DNA of 64,000 bases, taken from IMG/VR virus record IMGVR_UViG_3300037439_000116, positions 4,562-68,561 of that record; one strand, given 5' to 3'. The notes beneath the pieces are model-generated. The model was not told the DNA's origin, made no database searches, and saw only the letters and a list, made by a program, of their open reading frames with translations. The stretch comes from a virus. Its lineage: Duplodnaviria > Caudoviricetes. This document shows positions 36,823 to 46,188 of the stretch, piece by piece (position 1 is the first letter of the stretch; each line of letters starts with the position of its first letter). The position numbers and the translations under genes were made by a program.

Positions 36823-37569
36823 GTGGCCATCCTCGACCGCAACTCCGGCGTCTTCTCGGCGACCACGGCGATCACAGTCTCCCGCTCATCCGGCTCGTAC
36901 GGCACGGGCACCATCGTCGTCGTCCTGTTCATCGCGAACACGACGTTCGCGACACCGGGCGGTTGGAATCTGCGGCACACCAGCGTCAGTGTCATGGGCA
37001 ATTACGCCTTCGATCGCACGGCCGCAGGGGAAGCGTCGTACGCGTTCACCGCGGGGGCCGCCGGGTCGGGCCAGTGGTACGCATGGGAGCTGACGGCCGG
37101 GTCGACGTACGTGACCGGCACCCTGACTCAAGGCGGGGCGGCCTCCTCGTTCGCCACTGCCAGCATCACCCCCACCGCCGGGGATCGGCACCTGCTCGCC
37201 GCGGTCGGCGGCTTGCACGACACGCTCAGCCGGTCGGTCACCGCATGGTCGAACAGCTTCGTCTCCAACGGTCTCGGCGGCGCGGCCACCGTCCAAGACC
37301 GCCCGTTCTCCGGCGCGGCTGAACTCGATGTCACCGCCAACGGGTCAGGGTCGTACTCCACGACGGGGACATTCAACGGCAGCAGCGTCGGCGCGTCCGG
37401 CGGAGGAATGCTCGCCTACAACCGCATCGCCGGGGACACCACGGCCCCGAGCGTGCCCGCCGGGCTGGCCACCACAGCGGTCGGTTCCACCACCGCCGAC
37501 CTGTCCTGGTCTGCGGCCACCGACGACACCGCCGTGACCGGCTACGAACTGCAAGTCATCGGACCGTAG
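36823..37569 (+). CDS. virion structural protein ending in an N-terminal half FN3 domain
   Basis: Thr/Ser/Gly-rich; ends DTTAPSVPAGLATTAVGSTTADLSWSAATDDTAVTGYELQVIGP. Confidence 0.75.
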   Translation: MAILDRNSGVFSATTAITVSRSSGSYGTGTIVVVLFIANTTFATPGGWNLRHTSVSVMGNYAFDRTAAGEASYAFTAGAAGSGQWYAWELTAGSTYVTGTLTQGGAASSFATASITPTAGDRHLLAAVGGLHDTLSRSVTAWSNSFVSNGLGGAATVQDRPFSGAAELDVTANGSGSYSTTGTFNGSSVGASGGGMLAYNRIAGDTTAPSVPAGLATTAVGSTTADLSWSAATDDTAVTGYELQVIGP

Positions 37570-37580
37570 GAGAGGCAGGC

Positions 37581-38042
37581 ATGGGCAACCGTTACGAGGT
37601 CGGCCTCACGAAGGCAGGGGTCAACACCGCCAACACGGTGATGTGGGCCCTGCGCGCACCGACGCGCCGCACATGGCTGCATGAGCTGGGGATCTTCGTC
37701 GACACCGCGCCGACCACCGCGCCGCAGTTCGTGCTGGCCCGCAACACGGCGGGCACGATCACCAGCACCACGACCACCGGTGGTCAGCCCAACGTCCCCG
37801 AGGCATCGGCGTCTACGTCCACGCTGGACTCGGCATGGTCGGCCGCCCCGACCTTCACCACGACCGGGCCGTTCATGCGGCGCATCACCCTGCCGGTCAG
37901 CGCCGGGCAGGGCGTCATCTGGACGTGGCCCGAGGGGCTGGTCATCAACACGACCATCACGACCACGCTGGTCATCGCCAACGCGGTCGCCTCAGGTGCG
38001 ACGCTCGGCGCGTTCTCGATCTACGTCTCCTGGGACGAGTAG
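37581..38042 (+). CDS. beta-rich virion structural protein
   Basis: GGAGAGG RBS, Thr-rich 153 aa. Confidence 0.7.
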   Translation: MGNRYEVGLTKAGVNTANTVMWALRAPTRRTWLHELGIFVDTAPTTAPQFVLARNTAGTITSTTTTGGQPNVPEASASTSTLDSAWSAAPTFTTTGPFMRRITLPVSAGQGVIWTWPEGLVINTTITTTLVIANAVASGATLGAFSIYVSWDE

Positions 38043-38046
38043 CACC

Positions 38047-41000
38047 ATGGCCTTCGCGTCAGGATCGTCCCGGGCGACACCGGGAGGTCTGGCGCGCAGC
38101 GTCATCGTCGGCACTCAGCCGCGCACGGGCCGGGTCGCCGCCGCACCCACGCCGGACGGCGGCTCGACGTTCAGCACCGGCGAGCAGGCCTGGATCGTCT
38201 CGGCCGCGGGCACGACCGCCACTCTGACCGGCCTCACGCCGGGCAGCTCGTATCAGGTGCGGGTCCGCGCGGTCGACGCCGCCGGCAACGCCTCGGCGTG
38301 GAGCGACGAGATCACCGTCACCGCGCAGAGCGACCCGGCGCCCATCACCGTCGCCGCAGTCGCGGCGTTCCCCACCGCAACCGCTATCGTCCCCGGCGCC
38401 GTCCCCGCCACCATCGCTGCAGCGGCGACCTTCCCCGCCGTCGCTGCCGGTGTCGTACGCACCTTCACCGCGGCGGGCACGACCGCTACCGCCACCGGCC
38501 TCACGGCGTCGCGGAACTACACGGCCACCGTCCGCGCCCGCGACGCGGCTGGGAACTGGTCGGCGTGGTCAGCACCCGTGCCGTTCACGACTACCGGCGG
38601 CGGCGTGGCCGGCCCATCCACCATCTCCGGCGTCGCCGCCTTCCCTTCGGCGAGCATCGGCGGCACCCCGCCCACCGTGACCGCGGGCCGCGCACGGCCG
38701 GTCGTTTCCCTCGGCGCGGTCGTTCTGGACGTGACCGCCACCCCGCCCGGCGGCACGACGATCATCGGCTACTCGTGGACGATCCTGTCCGGCGGCGGCA
38801 GCCTGACCAACGCGACCACCGCGACGCCGACGTACACCGCACCCGCCGGGAGTGGCACCGCCAGCATCCAGGCCGCGGTGATGACAGCCAACGCCGGGCG
38901 GGCCACCGCGACCGTGACGGTGGCCTACGCGCCCACGGTGGTCGCCGCCGAGAACGCGCTGACCGGAACCGCCCGGGCGTCGTGGGATCTCGCCAGCCCG
39001 AACCTCGGCGGAATCAGCACGCTGCAAGGGTTCGTTGACGGCTTCAGCGTCGACAAGTCGGGCACGGTGAACTTCAAGATCGCGCAGTCCGACGCCGCAG
39101 GGTGGGCCGCAGAGGTCTACCGGCTCGGCTGGTACGGCGGCGACGGTGCCCGCTCGTACGGGACGCTCACTCCCTCGGGTGGGCAGGTCACCGCCAGCCA
39201 GGCGCAGGCGTCACCGGCCGATGCGGATCCCGGGACCACGCTGATCTCGGCCGACTGCGCGGGCTGGTCGACCACGCTGACCTGGACCCCGCCCGCGTGG
39301 GCCCCCTCGGGGATCTACGTCCTGCGACTCAATCGCACCGGCGGCGGAGCCAGCCACGTCATGTTCGTGCTGCGCGACGACGCGCGGGCGGCCGAGCTGA
39401 TGCTGATGCCCTCGGACTCGACCTGGAACGCGTACAACGCGTGGGGCGGCATGGGCGGCTCCATGTACTCGGGCAACAGCCTCTACTACGGCACCGCCGT
39501 GGATCAGTACAACGGCGACTGCGCTCGGTTCGTCTCCTACAACCGGCCTGTCGTCAACCGCGGCGCGGCGGACTCCGGCCGGACCTACGGCGCTGTCGAG
39601 TGGAGCACCTTCTTCACCGGCGAGTACCCGATGGTGCGGTTCCTGGAGCGCAACGGCTACGACGTGAAGTACTACTCGTGCCTCGACGCCGCCGGCGATC
39701 CGCTCGGCACGCACCTGACAGGAGAGGCGGGGTCTGGCCGAGCCGGCGCAGGGGCGGCCATGTTCGTCGGGCACAACGAGTACTGGTCGGACTCGATGCG
39801 CTCGGGCTGGGAGCGCGCCAAGAACCGCGGCGTCAGCGTCTTCAGCTGCGCGGGCAACGAGGTGTTCTGGCGCACCTACGGCACCAACCCCGACGGCGAC
39901 GGACGGCCGCGCACCTTCGAGTGCCAGAAGTCGACGATCGGCGGGCGCGGCAACACCCGCCCGCAGTGGACCGGCACGTGGCGCGACCCGGACGGCGCGG
40001 GCAAGGGTGGCGACAGTCCAGAGAACACGCTCACCGGCACGATCTTCGCGGTCAACGGCCCGGACCTGCGTGCCTTGGTCGTACCGTTCGCGGGCGGCTA
40101 CTCGGCCGAGCCGATCTGGCGGCACACGTCGGTGGCGTCGCTGACCACGGGCCAGACCTGGACCTCGCCGAGCCAAATCCTCGGATTCGAGTGGGACGTC
40201 CCCGGACCCGCGTTCGTGTCCACCACGGCCGCGAGCTACATGGCCGCGCCGCACGCCCGGGTGCGCTACTGCTCGACGGTGACCTACTCGGTCAGCTCGG
40301 GCCTGCTGCTCACCGATGCGGGCGACGTCTACGACGCCTCGGGCACCGCCACGCACCGCCTCGTCGTCCACCCCGGCGGCGCGGGCGCCATCGCGTTCGG
40401 CACCGGGACGATCAACTGGGCCCTCGGTCTCGACGACGCCAACACCTACCAGCAGGGCAGCGACAACACCTCGGACGTGATCCGGCAAGCCACGGTCAAT
40501 GTCCTGATGGACATGGGCGCCGGGCCGGCCACGCTGATGAGCGGGCTGACCACGCCGACCCCCGTCGACTGGTACCCCGACGTCCCCGTCACCACGATCG
40601 CCGCGGTCGCCGCCTTCCCCGCCGTCGGCCTCGGATCGGGCGCGCTGCCCGCTCCCGCGACCCTGGCTGCGGTAGCCGCCGTCCCCGCGGTGACCATCCG
40701 GCGCACGGCACTGGCCACACCCGCCACCGTGGCCGGCGTCGCGGCGTTCCCCGCGGTGACCTTCCGCTCCGCAGCGACCGTGACCCCCGCGACGGTCGCC
40801 GCCGTTGCTTCGATCCCCGCAGTCAGCGTCCAGACCGCCTCGGGATCCACGGCGGCACCGGGCACCCTCACCGGCGTCGCAGCACTGGCGGGCACTGCCG
40901 TCACCGGCAGCACGCTCGCCCCCGCCACCATCGTCGGCGTCGCGGCTCTCCCCGTCCCCACCGTGACCACCGCGACGGGTGCGGCGCCGGCCACCATCGT

Positions 41001-41541
41001 GGCTACCGCATCGATCGGCGCGCCGACGGCCCGGGCCGGAAGCTCGCCCGCGCCGGCCACCGTTGCGGGCGTGGCGTCTCTGCCCGCGCCCACTGTCCAA
41101 GCCGGGTCAGGAGCGGCACCCGCGCCGGCCACGATCAGCGCATCTGCCGCCGTCCCCGCGCCTTCGATCCAGACCACCTCGGGCAGTGTGGCCACGCCTG
41201 CCACGCTGGCTGTTTCGGCGGCGATGGCCGCGGCCATCGCACTCGCCTCCATGCGCGTCGGCGCCGTCACGCTGGCCGGCTCCGCAGCGTTCCCAGCGCC
41301 CGCCGTCCGGCTCGGCGTACTGCCCACACCGAGCACGCTGGCCACTTCGGCCGCGTTCGGTTCGGTGTCGCTCCGGCTGACGGCGACCGTGCTGGCCGGG
41401 ACCGTCACGGGGTTCGTGACCATCGGGCAGATCAGTCACATCGTGGGCGATGTCGAATCCGGCGCGCTCACGGCGGGGGTCACCGGCGACGAGGTGGCCG
41501 CTCGGGCCCTGAGCGATTCCATCGGAGCGAGGGTGACATGA
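38047..41541 (+). CDS. large virion appendage protein: half-FN3 units, PKD-like segment, N,N-dimethylformamidase beta-like (DUF6605) domain, Ala/Thr/Pro repeats
   Basis: YRLGWYGG, TWNAYNAWGG, VSYNRP, EYPMVRFLERNGYDV, GHNEYWS motifs; about a dozen PATxAxVAAxP repeats. Confidence 0.8.
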   Translation: MAFASGSSRATPGGLARSVIVGTQPRTGRVAAAPTPDGGSTFSTGEQAWIVSAAGTTATLTGLTPGSSYQVRVRAVDAAGNASAWSDEITVTAQSDPAPITVAAVAAFPTATAIVPGAVPATIAAAATFPAVAAGVVRTFTAAGTTATATGLTASRNYTATVRARDAAGNWSAWSAPVPFTTTGGGVAGPSTISGVAAFPSASIGGTPPTVTAGRARPVVSLGAVVLDVTATPPGGTTIIGYSWTILSGGGSLTNATTATPTYTAPAGSGTASIQAAVMTANAGRATATVTVAYAPTVVAAENALTGTARASWDLASPNLGGISTLQGFVDGFSVDKSGTVNFKIAQSDAAGWAAEVYRLGWYGGDGARSYGTLTPSGGQVTASQAQASPADADPGTTLISADCAGWSTTLTWTPPAWAPSGIYVLRLNRTGGGASHVMFVLRDDARAAELMLMPSDSTWNAYNAWGGMGGSMYSGNSLYYGTAVDQYNGDCARFVSYNRPVVNRGAADSGRTYGAVEWSTFFTGEYPMVRFLERNGYDVKYYSCLDAAGDPLGTHLTGEAGSGRAGAGAAMFVGHNEYWSDSMRSGWERAKNRGVSVFSCAGNEVFWRTYGTNPDGDGRPRTFECQKSTIGGRGNTRPQWTGTWRDPDGAGKGGDSPENTLTGTIFAVNGPDLRALVVPFAGGYSAEPIWRHTSVASLTTGQTWTSPSQILGFEWDVPGPAFVSTTAASYMAAPHARVRYCSTVTYSVSSGLLLTDAGDVYDASGTATHRLVVHPGGAGAIAFGTGTINWALGLDDANTYQQGSDNTSDVIRQATVNVLMDMGAGPATLMSGLTTPTPVDWYPDVPVTTIAAVAAFPAVGLGSGALPAPATLAAVAAVPAVTIRRTALATPATVAGVAAFPAVTFRSAATVTPATVAAVASIPAVSVQTASGSTAAPGTLTGVAALAGTAVTGSTLAPATIVGVAALPVPTVTTATGAAPATIVATASIGAPTARAGSSPAPATVAGVASLPAPTVQAGSGAAPAPATISASAAVPAPSIQTTSGSVATPATLAVSAAMAAAIALASMRVGAVTLAGSAAFPAPAVRLGVLPTPSTLATSAAFGSVSLRLTATVLAGTVTGFVTIGQISHIVGDVESGALTAGVTGDEVAARALSDSIGARVT

Positions 41542-42326
41542 GTCAGAGCGTCTTCAACCCCGGCGACCCGATCACCTCACGGCTCAAGCTCGGCGTCGTG
41601 CCTGACGGGACCACCGCGGCCAGCGTCGTCGTGCGGCGACCGGACGGCGCGGTGATCAGCGGGCTGACGCCGTCGGGATGGGTGAACACCGACGAGAAGA
41701 CCGTCCAGTTCTACGCCACCGACGACGGGGCCGCCGCGGGCACTACGGTCGCCAGCTCCGGCGACTGGCTTGTCGTATGGTCGGTGCTCGGCGCGGGAGC
41801 CTCCGTCACGCCCAAGGTCTACAGCGTGTCCGCGCTACCCGGCACGACGACCCGGCCCGTATGGTCACCGTTCCTGTCCGACGTGGCCGACCACGCGCCG
41901 TTCCTCACGATGGACACCCGCACGCCGGGCGCACAGACGTGGCTCGGGACGTTCACGGGCTGGACCTCGCCGACCGACGAGCAGGCGCAGAGGCACATCG
42001 ACTCCGCAGCCTCGATCGTCGGTGCGGGGTTCGGGACACTGGCCGGCACGCTGCCGAGGATGGCCCGCGCGGTGACCGCCCTGCGAGCCGCCATCAGCTT
42101 GATCCGCGCGTTCGCCCGCGGGCCCGAGGACCTGGCATTGGCCGACGCCTTGGAGCGCCAGCTTGCCGCGGACACTAAGGCGTTGCAGGCCGCCGTCGAC
42201 AACGCGGGGGCCGACACCCTCTCGGCCGCGCCCGTGCTGTACGCGCCCGCACCCGTGCCGTGGGGCGACGACCTCATCGTCGGCAGCTCGTCTCGCTATC
42301 CCCGTACGTACCTCTGGCCCGAGTAG
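41538..42326 (+). CDS. putative head-tail adaptor with N-terminal Ig-like part
   Basis: Position before tail completion genes; helical C-terminal half. Confidence 0.6.
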   Translation: MSQSVFNPGDPITSRLKLGVVPDGTTAASVVVRRPDGAVISGLTPSGWVNTDEKTVQFYATDDGAAAGTTVASSGDWLVVWSVLGAGASVTPKVYSVSALPGTTTRPVWSPFLSDVADHAPFLTMDTRTPGAQTWLGTFTGWTSPTDEQAQRHIDSAASIVGAGFGTLAGTLPRMARAVTALRAAISLIRAFARGPEDLALADALERQLAADTKALQAAVDNAGADTLSAAPVLYAPAPVPWGDDLIVGSSSRYPRTYLWPE

Positions 42327-42334
42327 GAGAGACC

Positions 42335-42658
42335 ATGACCGACTTCGCAGCCGACGCTGGCGGCAACACCACAGCGGGTGGCCTGCTGACCGCGCGCACC
42401 GGGACGGCCTCGGGTGACACCGTGCCGGCCGGCACGCGCATCTTCGCCCGCAACACCGGCGCCGGCTCACTGACCATCACCATGACCAACGCCAAGACGG
42501 ACGATGGTTTGACGATTAGCAACAAGACTCACACCCTGACCGCCGGTCAGGTCAAGTCGTTCACCGTGAATCCGCAGTGGGGCAACGCGTCCGGCCTCGT
42601 GCCGTTCGCGGTCACCTCGGGCACCGTGGGCGACCTGACCTACTACATTTCCGCTTGA
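42335..42658 (+). CDS. virion structural protein
   Basis: AGGAG RBS, Thr/Gly-rich. Confidence 0.65.
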   Translation: MTDFAADAGGNTTAGGLLTARTGTASGDTVPAGTRIFARNTGAGSLTITMTNAKTDDGLTISNKTHTLTAGQVKSFTVNPQWGNASGLVPFAVTSGTVGDLTYYISA

Positions 42659-42667
42659 GGAGACGCC

Positions 42668-43153
42668 ATGCCGTACGCACTGCAGAGACTGTCCGCACCG
42701 GGCTCGCTGGCCGCGGGCTACCAGCGCGGCGATGAGGTCCTTCCGCCGGTCATCGAGGCGTGGGACCTCGTCGAGGGCGAGCACTGGTCGGCCGACTTCC
42801 CGGACGGCCCGGCCGAAGTGCCCACCGTCCCGCGGCCTGTCGACGACTCCTCCCGCGGCGCGTGGGTGGCTTACGCCGTCTCGCGTGGCATGGACCCCGA
42901 AGAGGCGGAGCGCACCGACCTGAGCGACCTGATGGACGTCTACCCCGAGGACGCCCCGGCCAAGACCGACCGCCCGGCCGACAGCGCCCGTAAGGCCGAC
43001 TGGGTCTACTACGTGCACAACCACCCGCAGGCCACAACCGAGGATCAGGACTGGGCCGCGAACGACGGCACGACCAAGGCTGAGCTGCAGGCCTGGGAGC
43101 CGCGTGCGGCTGACCCGGTTGCCGAGTCCGCCACCGAACAGGCGAACGGCTGA
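42668..43153 (+). CDS. hypothetical protein
   Basis: GAGGAG RBS, acidic, repeated W-x-x-Y-A/V motif. Confidence 0.65.
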   Translation: MPYALQRLSAPGSLAAGYQRGDEVLPPVIEAWDLVEGEHWSADFPDGPAEVPTVPRPVDDSSRGAWVAYAVSRGMDPEEAERTDLSDLMDVYPEDAPAKTDRPADSARKADWVYYVHNHPQATTEDQDWAANDGTTKAELQAWEPRAADPVAESATEQANG

Positions 43154-43155
43154 GC

Positions 43156-43587
43156 ATGGCCGGCGACGTGGTGATCAAGTTCGAGCCCGGGTGGGAGGTC
43201 GGCGTCATGGCGCTGTCCGAGCCGTACCTGGACCTCGCGGCGGCCATCGTGGCGGGCGGGCAGAAGCGGCGCATCCCGGTCAGCCAGGACGGCAGTCACG
43301 GACGGCAGCCTGGCTACGCCCGCGACCGCATCCACGTCCAGCGCGGCGCCGACCTGCTCGGCCCGTTCCGCGACGTCGGCTCGGACGCCACCAGCCCCAC
43401 CGGCTACCCCTACCCGCTGGGTCTCGAGCTCGGCACCCGGGCGCACACGATCACGAGCCACGGCAACTACCCGCTGCGCAGCAAGGACGGCCGGATCTTC
43501 GGCCGCTCGGTGGACCATCCGGGCACCCGGCCGTATCCGTGGTGCCGCGCTGCGCTGGCCGACCTCGCCGGACGGACGCTGAGCTGA
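43156..43587 (+). CDS. tail completion protein (HK97 gp10-like)
   Basis: LELGTRAHTI...HPGTRPYPW. Confidence 0.75.
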   Translation: MAGDVVIKFEPGWEVGVMALSEPYLDLAAAIVAGGQKRRIPVSQDGSHGRQPGYARDRIHVQRGADLLGPFRDVGSDATSPTGYPYPLGLELGTRAHTITSHGNYPLRSKDGRIFGRSVDHPGTRPYPWCRAALADLAGRTLS

Positions 43588-44015
43588 TGGTCGCGCAGAC
43601 GTACGTGGACGCGATCGGGGCGATGGCAGCCTGGATCAATTCGCGGACCGAGACGTTGGTGGGGTACGGCAATCCGCTTCAGATGGGCGCACACCTGAAG
43701 AAGCTGGCCGGCGGCGAGCCGGCTACTTACGCGTTCATGGAGGAGCTGTTCTCCACGCGCTCCGAGGATGGGGCCGAGAATCCCGACATGATGGCCAGCC
43801 TGGCCGCGCAGGTCTACGGCGGGACGCGTGAGGCCGCGGGGGCCGCCGCGGTCGCGCTGGCCGAGGAGCTGAGCACGCAGCTGTGCGGGTGTCAGGCGGC
43901 TGTGGCCGGCGCAGTGCTGTTCGTCTCGGACGACATCCAAGGGCCCTCATGGTCACCCGACGGCGACGCGCCGCGGATGCTGCTCAACTGGACCGTGCGG
44001 ATGCGCCCAGCGTGA
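43587..44015 (+). CDS. putative tail terminator
   Basis: Position and size, coupled to gp10-like gene. Confidence 0.6.
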   Translation: MVAQTYVDAIGAMAAWINSRTETLVGYGNPLQMGAHLKKLAGGEPATYAFMEELFSTRSEDGAENPDMMASLAAQVYGGTREAAGAAAVALAEELSTQLCGCQAAVAGAVLFVSDDIQGPSWSPDGDAPRMLLNWTVRMRPA

Positions 44016-44076
44016 GGGCCACGCTGGTCATCGCTGCGGCGACCCTCGTGGCCCTCGTGCTGTTCTACGTGGTCTT

Positions 44077-44403
44077 CTAGCCGAGCGGTCGGCCGTCCTG
44101 CTTGCGGGCGTCCTCAACCTCGTACAGCGCGTGCGCTACGGCGACCTTGAGCCCGTCGAGCTGGGTGCCGTACTGACGAAACAGCGCCCGCGCGTCACGC
44201 CGGAAGTCGCGGATGTGATTGATGTAGCGGTGCACAAGGTCGATGTTGACGCCCTCGCGAATCATCGCCTGCTTGAGCTCGTACAGCTCGACGTTGCAGA
44301 TGGCGTCCAGGCTGGTCCAGTCCTGATCGCTCAGGGTGTCCAGCCGGTTCGTGTTGCTGCTCATGGCGCCGAGCGTCTCCAGTGCCGTCGTGTTCTGGCC
44401 CAT
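44077..44403 (-). CDS. helical hypothetical protein
   Basis: GAGGAG RBS; ends EDARKQDGR. Confidence 0.7.
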   Translation of the reverse strand: MGQNTTALETLGAMSSNTNRLDTLSDQDWTSLDAICNVELYELKQAMIREGVNIDLVHRYINHIRDFRRDARALFRQYGTQLDGLKVAVAHALYEVEDARKQDGRPLG

Positions 44404-44412
44404 GTCCGCTCC

Positions 44413-44733
44413 TCAGCGTCCGTCGATCTTGCGGGCGTACTCGACCTCGGCAATGGAGGTCTCCAGCATGCGGATGGCTTTGCCGACGGTGGCGTCCAGT
44501 CGACCGGCGTGCCGGCGCAGCTCGGTCAGGCCCTCGTCCAGGACGGCGGCGAGGTCGGTCGCCGTCGTGGCCTCCACGCCCTCGGTCCGCATCATCCGGC
44601 TGGGACCCTCGCTGATGACGAAGGTGCTGTAGTCGTCGACCTCCCCGCGGATGGCCTCCAGCGCCAGGCTGATTCGGTGCATCTTCGCGACTCCGCCGCC
44701 GAAGATCTCAGGCGCCTGCGTGCACTTCCCCAT
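44413..44733 (-). CDS. helical hypothetical protein
   Basis: GAGAGGGG RBS; ends EYARKIDGR. Confidence 0.7.
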   Translation of the reverse strand: MGKCTQAPEIFGGGVAKMHRISLALEAIRGEVDDYSTFVISEGPSRMMRTEGVEATTATDLAAVLDEGLTELRRHAGRLDATVGKAIRMLETSIAEVEYARKIDGR

Positions 44734-44758
44734 GCCGTCCCCTCTCGTTGGTGACTTC

Positions 44759-44792
44759 ACTGTACCCACGGTAGGAGATCGAGTCCAGCCCC
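44759..44792 (-). promoter_or_regulatory. leftward promoter with GTGGGTACAGT box
   Basis: Minus strand TGGACT-N17-TACAGT; box at 44759-44769. Confidence 0.65.
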
Positions 44793-44868
44793 GTCTATGC
44801 CACCGTGCCGCACGAGCGGCGCGGCGCTTCAGCGTGCCCCACGAGGGGCCTCAACTGAGGAGTGATCC

Positions 44869-45450
44869 ATGCCCGCTGTGATCGTCCCGAAGGGTGCCCT
44901 GAGTTTCGGCGCCGGTTATCTCTACGTCTCTGATCTTGGTATCGCCGCCCCGACCAACACGGTGGCCGGCTCGGTGTTCACCGACACGTGGGCCGTCGGC
45001 TGGAACCTGTGGGGCGTGACCCGCGAGGGCCACACGCTCAACATCGAAATCGACTCAGAGCCCGTGGAGGCGGCCGAGTACCTAGACCCGCTGCTCAATG
45101 TCACGACCGGTCGCACCATCACGGCCGAGTTCGAGATCATGCAGGTCCACCTGACCAACTTCCGGCGTGCGTTCAACGGCGGCGCCAAGACGCCGACCGG
45201 CGCCGGCGCGACGCTGATGACCACCTACACGCTCCCCGCGATCGGGGGCGAGGTGCGCCAGCAGATCGGGTGGGAGTCCGTGGACGGCACCGAGCGCTGG
45301 TGGGGCATGCAGGCCTTCCAGACCGGCTCGGTCGCCATCCAGCGCCAGCGCGGCGCGGACAACGCCAGCCTGCCGCTGACCTTCACGCTGGAGCCGGACG
45401 CGTCCAGCCAGCCGGTCTACTTCGCATCGGCCGGTGTGACCCGTGGCTGA
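44869..45450 (+). CDS. major tail protein
   Basis: GAGGAG RBS; WNLWGVTREG, position upstream of chaperone and tape measure. Confidence 0.85.
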   Translation: MPAVIVPKGALSFGAGYLYVSDLGIAAPTNTVAGSVFTDTWAVGWNLWGVTREGHTLNIEIDSEPVEAAEYLDPLLNVTTGRTITAEFEIMQVHLTNFRRAFNGGAKTPTGAGATLMTTYTLPAIGGEVRQQIGWESVDGTERWWGMQAFQTGSVAIQRQRGADNASLPLTFTLEPDASSQPVYFASAGVTRG

Positions 45451-46027
45451 GGCAGCGCCGATCTACACGAACATGTCCCGCTCGGACCTGCGCGTCGTGC
45501 AGCCGGTGCCGGACACGCAGTCCATCCAGATGCAGGCCGAGGGCGTCGTCGAGGCAGAGGGCGACCGCGTGGAGCTGAACGGCGAGTGGTTCCGGCTGGC
45601 CGATTCGGTCGGCCTGATGCCGCTGATGGCCTACGCCAACTCGGCCAAGCAGGGCGCGGACTCCGACGACTTCGAGGGCCTTGCGGCGATGTACGCGATG
45701 ATCCGCGACACGGTAGACCAGACCCGTCCGGCGAAGCTCGACCCCGCCACCGGCGAGCAGTCGCGCGACGTGGCCGGTGAGCTGGAGTGGGACGGGCCGT
45801 CGGAGTGGATGCGCTTCGAACGGCACGCGATCGAGAGCAAGGCCGACGGCGAGGACCTGATGGGGTTCGTCGGCCGCGCCATGGAGGTGCTGGCGGCGCG
45901 CCCTCGCAAGCGGCGAGAAGACTCCTCCAGTGGCTCGCCGCAAACATCGCCACCGTCGAGGCCCGTCTCATCCTCGCCGGCCATGGAGGGTTTGGTCCCG
46001 GTGTCTCGCCTCGGCGAGGCCCTCTAG
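45443..46027 (+). CDS. tail assembly chaperone
   Basis: Between MTP and TMP; Ser-rich C-terminal tail overlapping a -1 frame ORF. Confidence 0.75.
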   Translation: MAEAAPIYTNMSRSDLRVVQPVPDTQSIQMQAEGVVEAEGDRVELNGEWFRLADSVGLMPLMAYANSAKQGADSDDFEGLAAMYAMIRDTVDQTRPAKLDPATGEQSRDVAGELEWDGPSEWMRFERHAIESKADGEDLMGFVGRAMEVLAARPRKRREDSSSGSPQTSPPSRPVSSSPAMEGLVPVSRLGEAL

Positions 46028-46188
46028 ACGACATGCCGCTGCGCGCCGCGCTCAACCTCGCGTACGCGCTGATCACTGAGGGCGCTGACACCAAGCAGCG
46101 CCAGGAGATCGACGACCAGCTCTACGGGTGGGGCGACATGAACAAGCGCGCGCAGCAAGATCTGTACGGCGACGGAGGCGAGAGCTGA
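45787..46188 (+). CDS. probable -1 frameshifted extension of tail assembly chaperone (gpGT-like); 5' limit uncertain
   Basis: Open -1 frame overlapping the chaperone 3' end and ending in TGATG with the TMP start. Confidence 0.55.
   Translation: MGRAVGVDALRTARDREQGRRRGPDGVRRPRHGGAGGAPSQAARRLLQWLAANIATVEARLILAGHGGFGPGVSPRRGPLDDMPLRAALNLAYALITEGADTKQRQEIDDQLYGWGDMNKRAQQDLYGDGGES

Noticed and set aside
40590-41420. Repeated PATxAxVAAxP units as a possible CRISPR or DNA repeat array
   Set aside because: Repeats are conserved at protein level with variable codons and have no repeat-spacer structure.
39102-42326. 1074-aa + strand ORF in another frame
   Set aside because: The Arg/Gly-rich part to about 41537 is an off-frame shadow of the appendage gene; only the part from ATG 41538 looks real.
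44077-44733. WXG100/ESAT-6 call for the helical pairs here and at 57600-58304
   Set aside because: Size and pairing fit, but no central W-x-G motif and no type VII secretion genes are present.
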